Part shown: one piece after another, positions 50,041 to 62,531 of the stretch
Layout: every line of letters starts with the position of its first letter
Position numbering within the stretch: the stretch's first letter is position 1
Source of the DNA: Psammoneis japonica
Taxonomy: Eukaryota
Direction of reading: 5' to 3'
DNA: 64,000 bases
Assembly (NCBI GenBank): GCA_008632985.1
Contig: QPGO01000097.1
Span: forward strand, 186,001-250,000
Program-made: the position numbers and the translations under genes
The notes under the pieces: generated by a model
Seen by the model: only the letters and a program-made list of their open reading frames with translations
Told to the model about the DNA's origin: nothing
Databases searched by the model: none

Positions 50041-50600
50041 AATGAACATCAAAGCATGGGTCGGCATCAGTCAAAGAACACCAGTGCAAGACCACACAAG
50101 TGCAGCTGACATTTCTTGTCACAAATCAATCAAATGGCATGCACAAGACAGGGTGTGCTTTCAGTGTCTACAACAAAGAGACACCAGAAATGGTGTGTGA
50201 CAGAGGAGGTGCAGTGAGCAAATGAACATCAAAGCATGGGTCGTGACAAAATCCCATTTTGCTGTGTTTCCTGTCAATGTGATGGCGCAACATTTCTTGC
50301 CACAAAACCAATGCCAAGCCTGCAAAAGACAGGGCAAACTTTTCACAACTGTGGTCAATCAACACCAGCAAAGGCAGTCATCAGATGAAGTGGGTTGAAC
50401 AAATGAACATGAAAGCATGGGTTTTGCTGCTCAAAAATGGCCAACAGTGAAGAGACCCACATTTTGATTTGTGCACAACCACAACTCTGTTTCTTGCCAA
50501 ACCAAGGGCCTCACCTGTTGAGTCGACCTCACAAAAGCAATGTCTGTTCTTCAATGAACACAAATGACAAAGCATTGCTCAAACAAGGCCGAGCATGGGT
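50041..50600 (+). repeat. Degenerate ~180-bp tandem repeat (about 3 units)
   Basis: AATGAACATCAAAGCATGGGT-like motif at 50041, 50221 and 50402; TTTCTTG(T/C)CA in all three units; AAGACAGGG in units 1 and 2. Confidence 0.75.
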
Positions 50601-50699
50601 TGGCACTGCGTCATCTCCAAAGACACAAATCCACAGTCTGAAAAAAAGCACTCACTTTGTGTTTTTTATTTGAAACCCAAGATCCTGTTGATTGTCAAG

Positions 50700-53600
50700 T
50701 CAAGGAGGCCATGCCAAGCTCCCACCTGGTGCTCTTCTGGATTTTTTCCAAGCTCTGACTTTTCTGGTCATTTGCTGTGTTCTGGGAAACAGTGCTGCAC
50801 ATTTGCTTCATGCCTGTTCCAGCCCCACCATGTCGCATCCATTGTGAGTGACTTGTCCCAACCATCAACATCTTCCCCTCCACCTGGATTGCATTGACTG
50901 GAGCCATCATCATTGTCTGGGTGTCTGTCTGTGGTGCAATGGTCAGGCATCCCAAGCATCTGTTCTCCAATGTCCCTGGCCTGTTTCTTGCTTCTCCAAG
51001 GCTGGTTCTTGGGTCTGTTTGATCATTGAAGAGCTGGATGACAAGATGTTGTTAGACACAAGCAGCCCAGTGGAGCACAACAAGGTCAAAGTGTGTCAAG
51101 CACTTGTCAAATTTGCAATTAGCGTGCTCTTCACAAACTCCTGCATTGTCACCTCCTGCCATGGCAACAGCCACAATGCATTGAAACAGATGCTCTTCCA
51201 AGTGCACCTGGCCTTTTGTGACAAAGCCGCTGGCATGGTCGACTCGTGTCCCAAACAAGGGTCCCTCAACAACTGTTGTGCAGTCTTCAAGGATTTTTTG
51301 CAACTTGCGCATTTGTTTTATGCTCAGGTTCCTCATTGGACAATGATCATGAGATGACTGTCTTTGTCAAGAATGCCAAGTGCTCAAAGTTCTTGGTGCA
51401 TGTTGCCAAGGTTGAGCAGATGTCTGCAGCCTGTCAACACAAGTGCACCAAGAAACATGTTGTGGAGACATGTCAAGATCAGGGGAGAGATCACAATCAG
51501 GGGAGCACAAAGGAAACATTGGACCCTTTTGATCTTGAGCATCCCATGCACCCTGCCTGATGAGTCCGGCTTTGTGGCTGTCAACATGGCTTGCATCACA
51601 ACAAATGACTGGTGGGTCTCTCTGTCCATCCAGTGCGATGTTGATCATGAAGCATTTGAAGTCAATGCAATTTGTTTTGCTGACAATGAACACTGTGCCC
51701 AATTCAATGCTTGCACCTGTGTCTCTTGCATGGGTGATGCTGAGGTTTTGCATCACTGCCAACCTGTCACCCCCAGCAAGCAACCCATGTCCCCTCAATG
51801 TCAACCCTGCTCTTGGACAAGCCACCACCCCCCATGGTTGCAGATGCCTTTGTGTTCCTGCTGTGAAATGGCATCGGGTCACATCACAGTTCGGGCATGC
51901 TGTCAACCCAAGTTGCAGTCTGCCCTCATTGATGAAGGTGCCTTCAGCACATGCAACAGTGGCCACAAGCAAGATTTTCCAGTTGACTGTCTACAAAACT
52001 TTCATGATGGTGGCACTTGCAAGCATGTTGCCTGACATTGTCTCCGTTCTGGCCAAGATGTGATCATTCATGGACAATTGATCAATGGGAAGTGTTTCAC
52101 ACATCCTCTGATCCTCCTAGAATTGGACTCCCTCCTTGATGCCTCAGTTCAAGAACTCAAGACTGGTGACCCGACTTTTGAGGAAGAATGTGATGTGGTC
52201 ATCGTGTGTGTGATTGATGCCCACAAGGAGAATCAGAAGAGAGCCCTCCATCATGAAATGAAGAAGAACCCTCGTTGTTGCCAAGACATTCCCTTTGAAG
52301 AGACTCAAGCAACAGGTCCCTGTCCAAGCCCTCAGAGCTGATGCTCAACATCTTTTGTGGCATCAATGCTTGGAGCATCCGAGCAACCATTGTCTGTGTC
52401 ATGCCCATGAGCACATTGACGGAGTTCCCAAGTTCAAGCATGGCACTTCTCCGTTGGACACTTGCCCTGCTTGCATCCATGCTGAGCAAACCAAGAACCC
52501 TGCTGGCCCACATTCCACTCGCACTGCAACCCAAGCTTGCCAGGGACTCATGGTTGACTTTGCATTCTCTGGTGTGTGATCCAAGAATGAAGAATGTGAA
52601 GCTGACTTTGTTGGCCTCAATGGTGAGACCTGTTGGATCACTGTTTGTGATCATCACACTCACCATCTTCATGGTGCCACTCATGTTTCGAAGGCCACAC
52701 CCACCTGGTGGATTTGCCATTTCCTCAAGGAGCACTCACCAAAATGTCAGGACAAACAAACACTCATGGATCAGGGTGGTGAGTCGCATGCCAACACTGC
52801 TGTCCAGCATCTTTTTGAGAAGGATTTTCATCACACCTTGTGCCCTTTTGGGGCTGATGCATCCAATCAGAATGGCCCTGCAGAGTGCAGTCATTTGATG
52901 GCACAGAACACTGTTTGGTCCATGTTGATTGGTGCTGACTCACCCATCAAATTCTGGCCCCAAGCATTTCATCACTGTCTTTGTGTTAAGAATGCCATCC
53001 CCTCCAAGGATCAAGATGTTGCTCCTGTCACCTTGGCCATGGGAAAACGGGAAGATTTTTTGTCCTTCCGCACACCTTTGCATGCCGTGTCTGGGCTCGC
53101 AAGAACCACCATCGCCCCACCACTTTCAATGGCAACTCAATGAAGGGTGTCTTTCTTGGGTGTCAACCTGATGCAACACAGAATGTAACATGGTGTGACC
53201 CTGCCACTTCATGCATCAAGTTTGACAAGCATGTTAGATTTGACAAGGGCATGAATGATCTCGCTCATGATGAGATGCCTGCCTCCAAACATCATGCATC
53301 TCCAGTGGACTCAAAATGGTGAACCTTCAAGGCAAAGTCAGAGGAAACTGTGGTTGATTGGTTTTGGTTTTTGGCCAACCCCTTTTCCAAGACCAGCACT
53401 CATCACTTGAAACAATCCCCTTTGGATGCCACTTTTGGCATGGAAGTCACCACTGATGAACTCTGCCAATGGGCATGTTTTTCTGGCATCAAACCCGGCA
53501 GCTCTGTGTCCCACATGTTCTCATCCCTCAAAGCTGTGTGGAACAAGATCTTGGATCATGCATGTGTTGTGTCTGTTGAGTGACCAAGTTTTGCAGGAAC

Positions 53601-54110
53601 TCAGTCATCTCCATGATGCTGACAACCCGGAATTTGAAATTGTTTTTGCCCCGGAGCACGACTTGATTCCAAGCAGCTCCAATGTGCCCTGGAGGAAAAT
53701 GGCACATTTGCTCCGACTCCTGAGCTGGATGAAGAACATGTTCCTGAGCTCACATCAGCTGATGTGCATTCCATTGCAGCTCTGCAATTCCCGGAGGTTG
53801 ATTTTGACACCTCAGACAATGTGAACATGGATTTTCTCCTTTGACCACAACACAGGTGCTTTCAATGTTTGTGTTCTTTCTTCCCATGCAGCCACCCCTG
53901 AGGAACAAGCGCTGGACAGTTTCGCTCATCACCACCTCAAGAAACTCCTGACCTGGCTGCCATGGCGTGATGGTGAGTTCAAGCAACTTGATCATTTTCA
54001 TGCCCTCTGAGTGTTTGGTGCTCCCACACCTCATCCAAAGGATGCCATTGTTTTGCACCCCCATTGGCAACATGATGTCAAGACTGATGGCACGTGTTGC
54101 TCTCAACACT
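50700..54110 (+). mobile_element. Degenerate, 3'-truncated Ty1/copia (CoDi-like) remnant
   Basis: LWHQCLEHPS...CPAC (pre-integrase), VDFAFSG, DQGGE, GADASNQNGPAEC, KFWPQAF, KGVFLGC, HVRFDKG and the start of RT; 5' limit approximate. Confidence 0.85.
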
Positions 54111-55125
54111 GCTGCAATGTGGCCCACCTTGAGCTGCCCCTGCTTTGCATTGCCTGCAATCCACACATTGGTCTTGTGTGGAGAAACTGACACAATGGCT
54201 GTTTTTGCACTGTCCACATCCCTGGGATGCTGCTGTGTGCATTCTGGTCATGCCCAGGGTGCATGTGCCCATTCTCCTTGTGCAGATCGATGAGACATGT
54301 GCCACTTGGTGCTTGGGCTGCTTTGGCACTGAGTTGCACAGGTCCATGGTTTTGCCCATCCTGGCGTGCTTTGGGAGGATCACAGCAACTCAAAGTTGGC
54401 AGATGCCAAGCTTCTTTTTCAGAGCACTGTTCATGACAAATGCATTGTTTGTGCCGGCGCTGTGGACACCAAGCCTGTCCTCCTTCTTCCATTGAGAATG
54501 GATGCAGATTTTGTTCAGCCCCTGAAACACAGATGCAGCTTCTAAAATCGACACAGATTTTCCATGACACAACAGTCACAGTGCAAGAAAGTTCCGGCAC
54601 TTTGTGGCAAGCATGCCATGGCATTGGAGCAGAGAAAATTGGCAAACATTTGATTGATTTGTCCCCAAGACTGACCCAGTGCAAAATCATCACTTGTTCT
54701 GTCGGCGCTGATGTGCAGTGTAGATTTAAAAGGACGGTGAACGATACAGAATCGAGAAGACAAGAAGCATAGCACGGTTCAGCAGGGCACAGTGCATCGA
54801 AAGTAGCACTTCTGTGAGTAAAACTACGTAAACGCAGGAGAGCACTCCTGCCAACAGAGTACCCGGCATGATACTAAACGTGTGAGCGACGCTTCGGTGC
54901 TCTCGCGTGAGTCGTCGCTACTACATACAGTCTCCGTTTCAGATTCCCTCTTACCGCAGTTCCTTGAGATCTGAAGAACACTGGGAGGGGCGTTGAAGCT
55001 GGCTGGCTTCCATACTGTAATGCTCATATCTATATGTCTTAGACTAGAATGTCAGAGACGGAAGGAGGCAGTCCACTTCAAATGAAGCTAGTCTCTCAGA
55101 AACTGCACAAAGGCTCCCTGCCTCG

Positions 55126-55293
55126 TCCCTTCTCTTTGAAAATAAGGGTGTTCATCTGACAAAGCCATTCTTTGTCAGATCAAGACCCCGCTAAAATAGT
55201 ACGTTTATTCTCCCCTCTCTTGAAAACAAAGGGGTTTTCGCCTGACAAAGGACATTCTTTGTCAGATGAAGACCCCTCGAAAACACGTTGATT
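55126..55293. repeat. Two tandem ~85-bp units, each with a hairpin
   Basis: CTGACAAAG-loop-CTTTGTCAG stems at ~55154-55180 and ~55242-55265, flanked by GGG...CCCC. Confidence 0.8.
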
Positions 55294-55328
55294 GAAAACC
55301 TCTGCATACCACGTCGCCGCCTGTCGCT

Positions 55329-58178
55329 CTACACCAGGTTCTGAACAAGTTCCATCGCCCACCTGGAGGTGTCGGCAATGGTATCGGATCCACTTGCCTC
55401 TCCATCCCTCAACAGCTGTGCAACATAAGGCTGGTTAAGCTGATCCGAGATACCGCGGCCCATCGTATTCGCCATGTCTCCGATCAGGCCGACAGTTTTC
55501 TCTAGGACAATCTCCTCCTTGTTTTGATCCGCGGCCAGCAGCTGTAAAAGCTGCATTATATTTGATACATAGGGAATCATCAGGTCTAGGCGATTGCCTT
55601 CTCGAAGACCCTGAATAATCCCGATGTAGGCTTCCAAGATGCCTTCCCGCAAAACGTTTACATACTCAATCAAATCTTCATCTCCTTCCGGTGCCGTGGT
55701 GCCGGAAGCTTGCATGAGCAACAGGAGAGAAAACTGAAGATACGTCTCGAAAGCTGCACCAATAGCAAGAGCAATATCCCCAAAGCAGCACAGAACCGGG
55801 GGTTTGACACTTCGATGTATTGTAGTATCCTTGATGGCCTCGACCAAAGCATTCATCAGGTCATCGCAATAAGGCTGAATCCTCGATTCGATCGCACGCG
55901 AAATGTCACCGACAACTCCAACTGTGACAGAACATACTCGATACGCTTCGAAATTTCGAATCCCCATCAAAAGAAACGGATTCAGAGCATCCATGTATTT
56001 CTAAGAAGAAAAAAAAAATGAGCCGGCATAACGCACATGACATCAAGAGCGATTGAACCGTGTTGATCTTACCACAAAGTCCGATTCCAGTGCATCCGCA
56101 ATCGCACCAACTGTCAAGAATGCCTCTTCGTGGCACATGGAATTCTTCACCTGCAACACTTGCAAAAGCAGGGTCATTGCGTTGTCTGCGACCGGAGCTA
56201 TGTGCTCTTTTGATAGCTTCTGGCATAAAACCAGAATCAGGCCACAGAGTAGGCCTTGCAGTCCTTCCCTACGCTCCTTATCGTCGTTGGTGAGAACAGG
56301 GAGGAAGAAAGAGCGCTGCAGTCTTTCTATCGTGGCAGGCAAAAGTTGGCGGAGAAGGGGATCGCAATCAGGAGCCGCGTACTGGATCAAGACACCAACC
56401 GCTTCGTAAGCCGAGACGCGCAAGTTACTCTCATTGGCGTCTTCGCGATCTGCAGCTTGCAACAACGTCTGTAGAAGAGGCTGCATATAAGCACTCAGGG
56501 CATTGGTGCCGGTCGTTGCACCGGAATCGTCCCCGTTGAAAGCTGCAGCTACATTGTGTATAGCAAAGCAGGCCTGATTCGATACGCGCGGCGTTTCCGA
56601 TACGAGCTTGCTCATGAGGCCGCCCAACAGTGTTGGAAACGTCTCGCTGGGTATGGCACGTATGTGAAGATCACATATCTTTCCGATTGCGTAGGCTGTA
56701 GTATCCTTCACCATGACATGTTCGTCCGACAACGCCTTCAAGAGAACGGGAATACTCTGACTCACGTACTGACCAATGGCATCTTGGGAGGTCCCATCGA
56801 GAACAGAGGCGAATGCCATGGTGGCAGCCTCTCTGCATCGCCAGTTCTCACTTTGGATATTCTGCTGGACAAAAGGCATCACGACCGGAATAATGAGATC
56901 TTCCACGGTCTGTGCGACCAGAGATAGACAATTTGAGGCGGCCATGCTGATGTTGTACATCCCATCATCCAGATCAAAGTCTTCTTCTTGCTTCATGAGA
57001 GTCTCTGTCAGAAGCGGCACCAGGTGCTCGATTGCGGCAGCGACATAGCGAACACAAGGACGAGACGGCTGGATCCCTTGCTCCGCGCACTCAGCTTCTT
57101 CGTCAATGAGTTCCATCTCCACTTCACACAGCGTGGACCAGAACTCCATTGCCTGTTTAGCCACATCCTCCTCGTCCTTCTTGATCGCATCGAAAGTGAG
57201 GCTAAATATCGCCTGCATGTAGTCAGCCAATTTTTCGTAGTACTGGGTTGCAATCACAACAATGCACTCGAAAGCCGCGGTTCTGACTCGAGGATCTTGT
57301 GACTGCGTTGCTTCGCAGATTGTTTGCATAATCGCATCGCGCTCTTGTTTGTTCTCCATGTTCTTCTGCGTGAAGGGAAGAGAGTTGCTGAGAGCCACAG
57401 CAGCCGCAAATCGGATGTTGTCCGTTTTGCTTGGCATAATCCCATCCACGATGGTAGTGAGAATTCTATCCATCACGGCAGAGTCAATACCAGGTAGATC
57501 TTCCAAGGCTCCTATGCGCTCACAGGTGAAACCAAGACATTGTAGAGCGGCTATCTTGGTTGGCTCCGGGTGCTGATCCGCAGACACGTACTCCAGAAGA
57601 CACGTAACGAACTCTGGCCACTCGCTGTATGGTAGCTCAACAGCGGCGACCTCCGAACATACCAGAGCTCCCGTATTTCGTGCGGTGACTTCTTGCGATT
57701 GAAGAGCGAGGAGCAGATTCCGTTTGATCGTTGCTCTGGTGCCCGGGTCAATTTTCTTCCATGTCTCGTGCTTCTCCACCTGGATTACTGCGTTCTTCGA
57801 CACCAGCAGGTTCTTTATGCACAACCCTGCCAGTTGCCGCGCTCGAGGATCTGTGCCTTCTGTTGCTAGCTCTTTGGAGAGAGCAGTCACTAGTTCGGGT
57901 AGGTTTCGTGCCTCCCAATCCTTCAGTGTTTGTTCCGCTTGAGTCCGTGTCGCATTGTCTGTAAACAGCATCAGTTAAAATTGTAAAACAGCGCGGAATC
58001 AATTCAATCCAAAAAATTACACGACTCTTACGAGCCGCCACCGCCGCCTATTCAAAAGATCGTTCACGAAACAGACGCAACGCCACTTCGAGCCTTCATA
58101 CGCATTTCCAAAAAGCATCAACGACAACAACTCACCTGGGCTATTAGCGGCGATAAGCGTCGCTAACAGGTCCGCCAT
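55329..58178 (-). CDS. KPNB1: Importin subunit beta-1; exons 58178-58136, 57958-56073, 56000-55329
   Basis: IBN_N (RQLAGLCIKNLL), ELPYSEWP, QAMEFWSTLCEVE, WRCREAATMAF, VKDTTAY, HRSVKPPVLCCFGDIALAIG, LREGILEAY. Confidence 0.95.
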
Positions 58179-58674
58179 CTTCACACACCAATGCCGGCTG
58201 TTGTTCGTTCGTTGTATCAGTGCTGTGAAAATGGGACGGAGAGCGAGCGAGCGAGATGAGAGAGGCAGATTTCGAGAAATCCATCCGTGCTGCCGCGGTA
58301 TTCGAAATCCGTAAATTCTACGTACTGTACGCCGCCTTACACAAAAGTACGGTATCCACCAGGAGCGCGCGACGAAGCATAAGATGCCGGACGAAAGCAG
58401 ACGTTAGCTGTTCGTACTTGTATGTACGCAAAAAACGACGCGAGACGCGAGCCAAGAAAAATGATGCAAGATGCAAGTAAGATGCAAGATGCATGATGCA
58501 TCTGACTTTTTGCCGCGGTTCCTCATTTCCCTGCGATTGCCATAACACATAACATACCTGTACTCCAGTCTACTCTCTCGAGGGTATGTGGTTTCAACAA
58601 TGAACGAAAGCTTTCCACTTATGTCAGATCAGCTGCTTGGTACATTTAATTGATTTTCGTTCTTAGTATCGAGC

Positions 58675-59520
58675 ATGGCAAATGCTACTGCGCCGCATGT
58701 TGTTCCAGGCCGGCCAATCGTCGTACTAGCTGGCTGGTTAGGATGTCGAGAGCGCTCATTGCGGAAATATGTGGCAATGTATGAAAGACTTGGTTTCTCC
58801 GTTCTTATTCGAATTGCATCGCCGGGTGCTGTTGTTTCTAGCGCTGAGAAAATTTCAAGCAATAATTATCGGAAATCAGAGAGCAGGTATGAAGATGGAG
58901 ATGCAATGGATATGACTGACTTGGCATGGGACACAATCCGATCGTTAGTGGCGACAAAGTGCTCTGCATGGTTTTTCCACAGCTTTTCCAACGCAGGATG
59001 CTTTCTTTGGGAAAAGGTGCGAGATACCATAAGGAAGATGGATGCTTCTGCCAACACTGAGAATCGTGATAATGCTCGACTGATTCTTGATACTATCGTT
59101 GGGGTTGTATTTGATTCGGGTCCTGCACAATATGATCGCAGTGGTACCGCCGTTGCGATGCAGTACTGCTCTTGGAAGGAGAGGTCAATGTATTTTGTTT
59201 CGCACTTTCTCAATGGCGTTGACTCCGCAGCAGCGAAGGAACGTGAAAAACAGTTTTGGCTTGGGATGCGCAATGATCCATCGGACACGCCGCAGCTATA
59301 CCTGTACAGCAAGAGCGACAACCTTACCCCGTTTGCTCCTTTGAAGGATTTGATTGCCAGCCGACAAGCGCAGTTCGGGCGAACTTTGGTATTGTCTCGC
59401 TGCTGGGAAAAATCGTCACATTGTTGCCATCTTCTGGAGCATCCCGACGAGTACCGGTCGATGATTGAAACGTTTGTCGACGCTTGCCTTCACTCCAAGA
59501 GTATGGTTCCCCGACTATAA
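58675..59520 (+). CDS. TMEM53/DUF829 alpha/beta-hydrolase-like protein
   Basis: VVLAGWLG...LRKY, HSFSNAG, VFDSGP, PQLYLYSKSD, SSHCCH. Confidence 0.85.
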   Translation: MANATAPHVVPGRPIVVLAGWLGCRERSLRKYVAMYERLGFSVLIRIASPGAVVSSAEKISSNNYRKSESRYEDGDAMDMTDLAWDTIRSLVATKCSAWFFHSFSNAGCFLWEKVRDTIRKMDASANTENRDNARLILDTIVGVVFDSGPAQYDRSGTAVAMQYCSWKERSMYFVSHFLNGVDSAAAKEREKQFWLGMRNDPSDTPQLYLYSKSDNLTPFAPLKDLIASRQAQFGRTLVLSRCWEKSSHCCHLLEHPDEYRSMIETFVDACLHSKSMVPRL

Positions 59521-59600
59521 TTATGTTGCTAGAAATGTTTAAGCCTAAATACGATGAAGTTGTTACTCGTCGTTGCCGGATTACCTGCATACTCTTCGCA

Positions 59601-62030
59601 TCAATCCTGGACTCGTCGTCGCCCATGACTTTGGAGTAACTGGAGCACCTCCATTTCAACACCATCATCACCGACGTCTTCATCTTCCTCTGGAAACTCA
59701 TTCCTGTCGTTATCAGGGGCAGTCCCTGGTGGTGCCCGACGAGAATCTTCTCTCTTAAACCCACCATTGGTATCTACAGTCAATTCCTCTTCGGCAGCCG
59801 GGCACCCGACGCTGTCAAGGCATATGGGGCACGTCGAAACGTCATGACGCACTAGCTCTCCTTGCGTTCGACGCATCCCAGAAGCCTGTGCAGGATGAGG
59901 TGGAAATTCAATTCCTGACAGTTCTGCCTGGTTGTCGCAAGGCATGCAAAATTTTGAAAACCACGACGGCTGATTCAGTTGCACGCCATAGAGAGCCCAC
60001 CTCAAAATTCCCAGTTCCGCTTCATCTGATTCAATGGTAGCCCCCGGTGCTTCTGTCGCCTCTAGATCAGTGGATGAGGTCTTTCTCCTGTCATGCACAT
60101 TGTAGGATTGCGCTTCGGTCCACAACAGGTTTATCATGGCCACAAGATCCCCTCCCTTGGAATTATCAGGGATAAGTCCAAGAGCGCGCAACATCGAGAC
60201 TAGGCGCTTTTTGCTCAGAAGGAGACAGTCACTATTGGCATTCGGAGCTGGTAACTTCATCGAACGACTATCACCAACGGTCAATGCATTCGGAGGCGAG
60301 CCCAGCAGCGCTAGACCAAGCGCACCCATGTAAATGTTCTTGTCAGTCGGAAGAGTTCCTGGTATGGGTCTTCTCCGCACCGTTAACGACTCCATATTCG
60401 CCTTGAGCTTTGAAAGCTTATGCGCCGCGCGCTGGGGAGATATTCTCTGGGATTGCAGGTCATTGATAACGGAATCAAGGTCTGATGCGTATAGCGTCGT
60501 AAACACCGGCCGTGATACGTCTTCTGTCGTCAAGTTCCAGCTTTTCGACGTCGACGGAGTCTTTTGTTCCGTGAGGGATGGAGGTGCCAGGCCCCGAGGG
60601 CCTGCTGGGGAGGCTTTCCCGGAATAGGTCCTTCGGAACTTAAGCGTTGAGTTTCCGTCCTCGACAATCTCCTCCCCCTCCCGACGCCCATTCATAATTT
60701 TCTCTTTAGAAAAGTGGTTGTGCCACATGTGAACCGCGTTGATTACTTGTTTTCCACGTTTCTTCATATTTCTGAAATGAGGATTGATGATAATTTCTCT
60801 CGATAAGGAAGAGGGAACAGTCAAAAGTTTTCCATTCTTCGGAAGAGTACGCAGGTGAAGACTGCAGTACATTTGTGATGCAACCTCGAAAAATTCAGCA
60901 GGTGATAGCTTTCCCCACTGACAGCTATCCTCAAATTGTATCGGGGATGCAAACTGGCGATTGATTAAATCCGCCGTGTACTCGTGACCTGGGAAAACGA
61001 GAACATTCCTCATCGCATCGCGTGCAGCAAGTCTGGAATCGACTGGTAAACTCCTCACAACGATTTCTGCAAAGCAGCGTTCAATGGCATTGCTTCCGGC
61101 AGACGCCTTTATTGGACTATTTCCTCGTTTACTCGACAGATTAGCATCACGTGAGGACTGCGTGTCCGCTTCAAAAGGCATACCACTGCCCCCACTAAAC
61201 ATGGTGTCTCCTGAAAACAAATAGACTGATTTGTCTTCGCGTCCCTTTGGTCTGAGAGCGTACACCACGCTTCCACGCGTGTGAGCCGGAACGGCGATCA
61301 CTTCGAGCTCTATCAACTCGTTCATATCATTGTTCCCTGAACTAGGTAGATTAAGTAGGTCTCCGTTGGACACTTTCTGGTTGCAGAACGGAACTCTTTC
61401 GACAGCGCCTCCATAAATGCTTCTCAGAGTCTCACTAATTCCAACGTGAGCAAGCATCTCGCCATTACCAGCGGTATGGTCATGGTGCTTATGAGTGCAA
61501 AGAATTGCATGGAGTTCGATCCTCTGATTCGAGTAGTGGTGTTCTCTGATTGCTTTTATTTGGCAAATGGTATCGTAGGCGCTCCCACAGTCAACAAGAA
61601 AAGCGATCAGTGTCTTTTCGTGCTCATGAGGGGGCGGACAACATACGACCAGATACCCAATGTTGTCGAGAAGCTGAGGAACGGGGTGGATATACACTCT
61701 CCCTTTTACTACTTCCACACGCTGCTCGATGGTTCGCGAGTGCGACTTGATCAGGCTAGACGTTTTGCTCCAGCTCTTCGTTTTCATCGACAATTTCAAA
61801 AGAAAAAAGTGTCCCCATCGAGCGATGCTCGTTGGGTAGAGAAATTCAATCAACCAGTAGCTCTTTCGCAACACTGGGGCGAGCAACACTCCAAGAATGA
61901 ACTCAGGGATGTGCAAGATTAGCGTAATCAAGGAAACCAAGCAAATAATCAAGAGCACCACGGCCGACACCGGCTTCATCAAACATGGATTATGGCGAAC
62001 CTCTCGCATTTGTTGTGACCACGGTGACAT
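59601..62030 (-). CDS. Metallo-beta-lactamase-fold hydroxyacylglutathione hydrolase (glyoxalase II/PNKD)-like protein with long C-terminal extension
   Basis: THKHHDHTAGN, PAHTRGS, FSGDTMFSGG, FPGHEY; N-terminal hydrophobic segment; first ATG at 62030. Confidence 0.85.
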   Translation of the reverse strand: MSPWSQQMREVRHNPCLMKPVSAVVLLIICLVSLITLILHIPEFILGVLLAPVLRKSYWLIEFLYPTSIARWGHFFLLKLSMKTKSWSKTSSLIKSHSRTIEQRVEVVKGRVYIHPVPQLLDNIGYLVVCCPPPHEHEKTLIAFLVDCGSAYDTICQIKAIREHHYSNQRIELHAILCTHKHHDHTAGNGEMLAHVGISETLRSIYGGAVERVPFCNQKVSNGDLLNLPSSGNNDMNELIELEVIAVPAHTRGSVVYALRPKGREDKSVYLFSGDTMFSGGSGMPFEADTQSSRDANLSSKRGNSPIKASAGSNAIERCFAEIVVRSLPVDSRLAARDAMRNVLVFPGHEYTADLINRQFASPIQFEDSCQWGKLSPAEFFEVASQMYCSLHLRTLPKNGKLLTVPSSLSREIIINPHFRNMKKRGKQVINAVHMWHNHFSKEKIMNGRREGEEIVEDGNSTLKFRRTYSGKASPAGPRGLAPPSLTEQKTPSTSKSWNLTTEDVSRPVFTTLYASDLDSVINDLQSQRISPQRAAHKLSKLKANMESLTVRRRPIPGTLPTDKNIYMGALGLALLGSPPNALTVGDSRSMKLPAPNANSDCLLLSKKRLVSMLRALGLIPDNSKGGDLVAMINLLWTEAQSYNVHDRRKTSSTDLEATEAPGATIESDEAELGILRWALYGVQLNQPSWFSKFCMPCDNQAELSGIEFPPHPAQASGMRRTQGELVRHDVSTCPICLDSVGCPAAEEELTVDTNGGFKREDSRRAPPGTAPDNDRNEFPEEDEDVGDDGVEMEVLQLLQSHGRRRVQD

Positions 62031-62531
62031 TGTAACAGGGCGTTTTGCATCCAACAACGCGTGCTTCTTGGATCGATGGGAGAGTTGTCGTGCAGGATGG
62101 CGTTCGTTTGCAGTCTTTCAGCGTGGATCGAGCGATGCGGCAAAGGCCTCGCCACTTTTTTCTTTTTTCTGTGGTTTGCGTTGCGCTTTCGGTTTCCCGC
62201 GCATTTGCCTACTCGACTATCCTCGTCATTGAGGAAGTCAAGTAATGAATTATTTAATTCAAAACACGAAGGGTTTTATTACGAACAATTTTAATCCGTT
62301 GGGATCATAAAAAGTATTAATAGTGGAACTATATATGAGCATTTTGAAATTTTTGGAACGGACAGGAGGAAACTCAAAAACAACAAGAAGAGGCAATGAA
62401 ACGTGCTGGCAGAAATCACATCTTCAAACTGATGCATAGCTTTGCAAAATCGAGCCGCTGTTAGACAAAACATCTTTCACCGCATTTTGAACATCACGGG
62501 CGTCTCATAGACAGATAAGCGAGGCAAGCTC

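Larger units (their letters stand above)
44420..54720. other. Second TpA-depleted repeat block
   Basis: Abrupt loss of TA after ~44415 and return at ~54721; Tyr-poor, Cys/His-rich ORFs; includes a copia remnant. Confidence 0.88.

Noticed and set aside
44392..54720. Possible CACTG-type TIR pair (CACTGTATAT / ATGTGCAGTG) bounding block 2
   Set aside because: Only 10 bp, imperfect unless TA changes are assumed, no TSD, and no transposase found.
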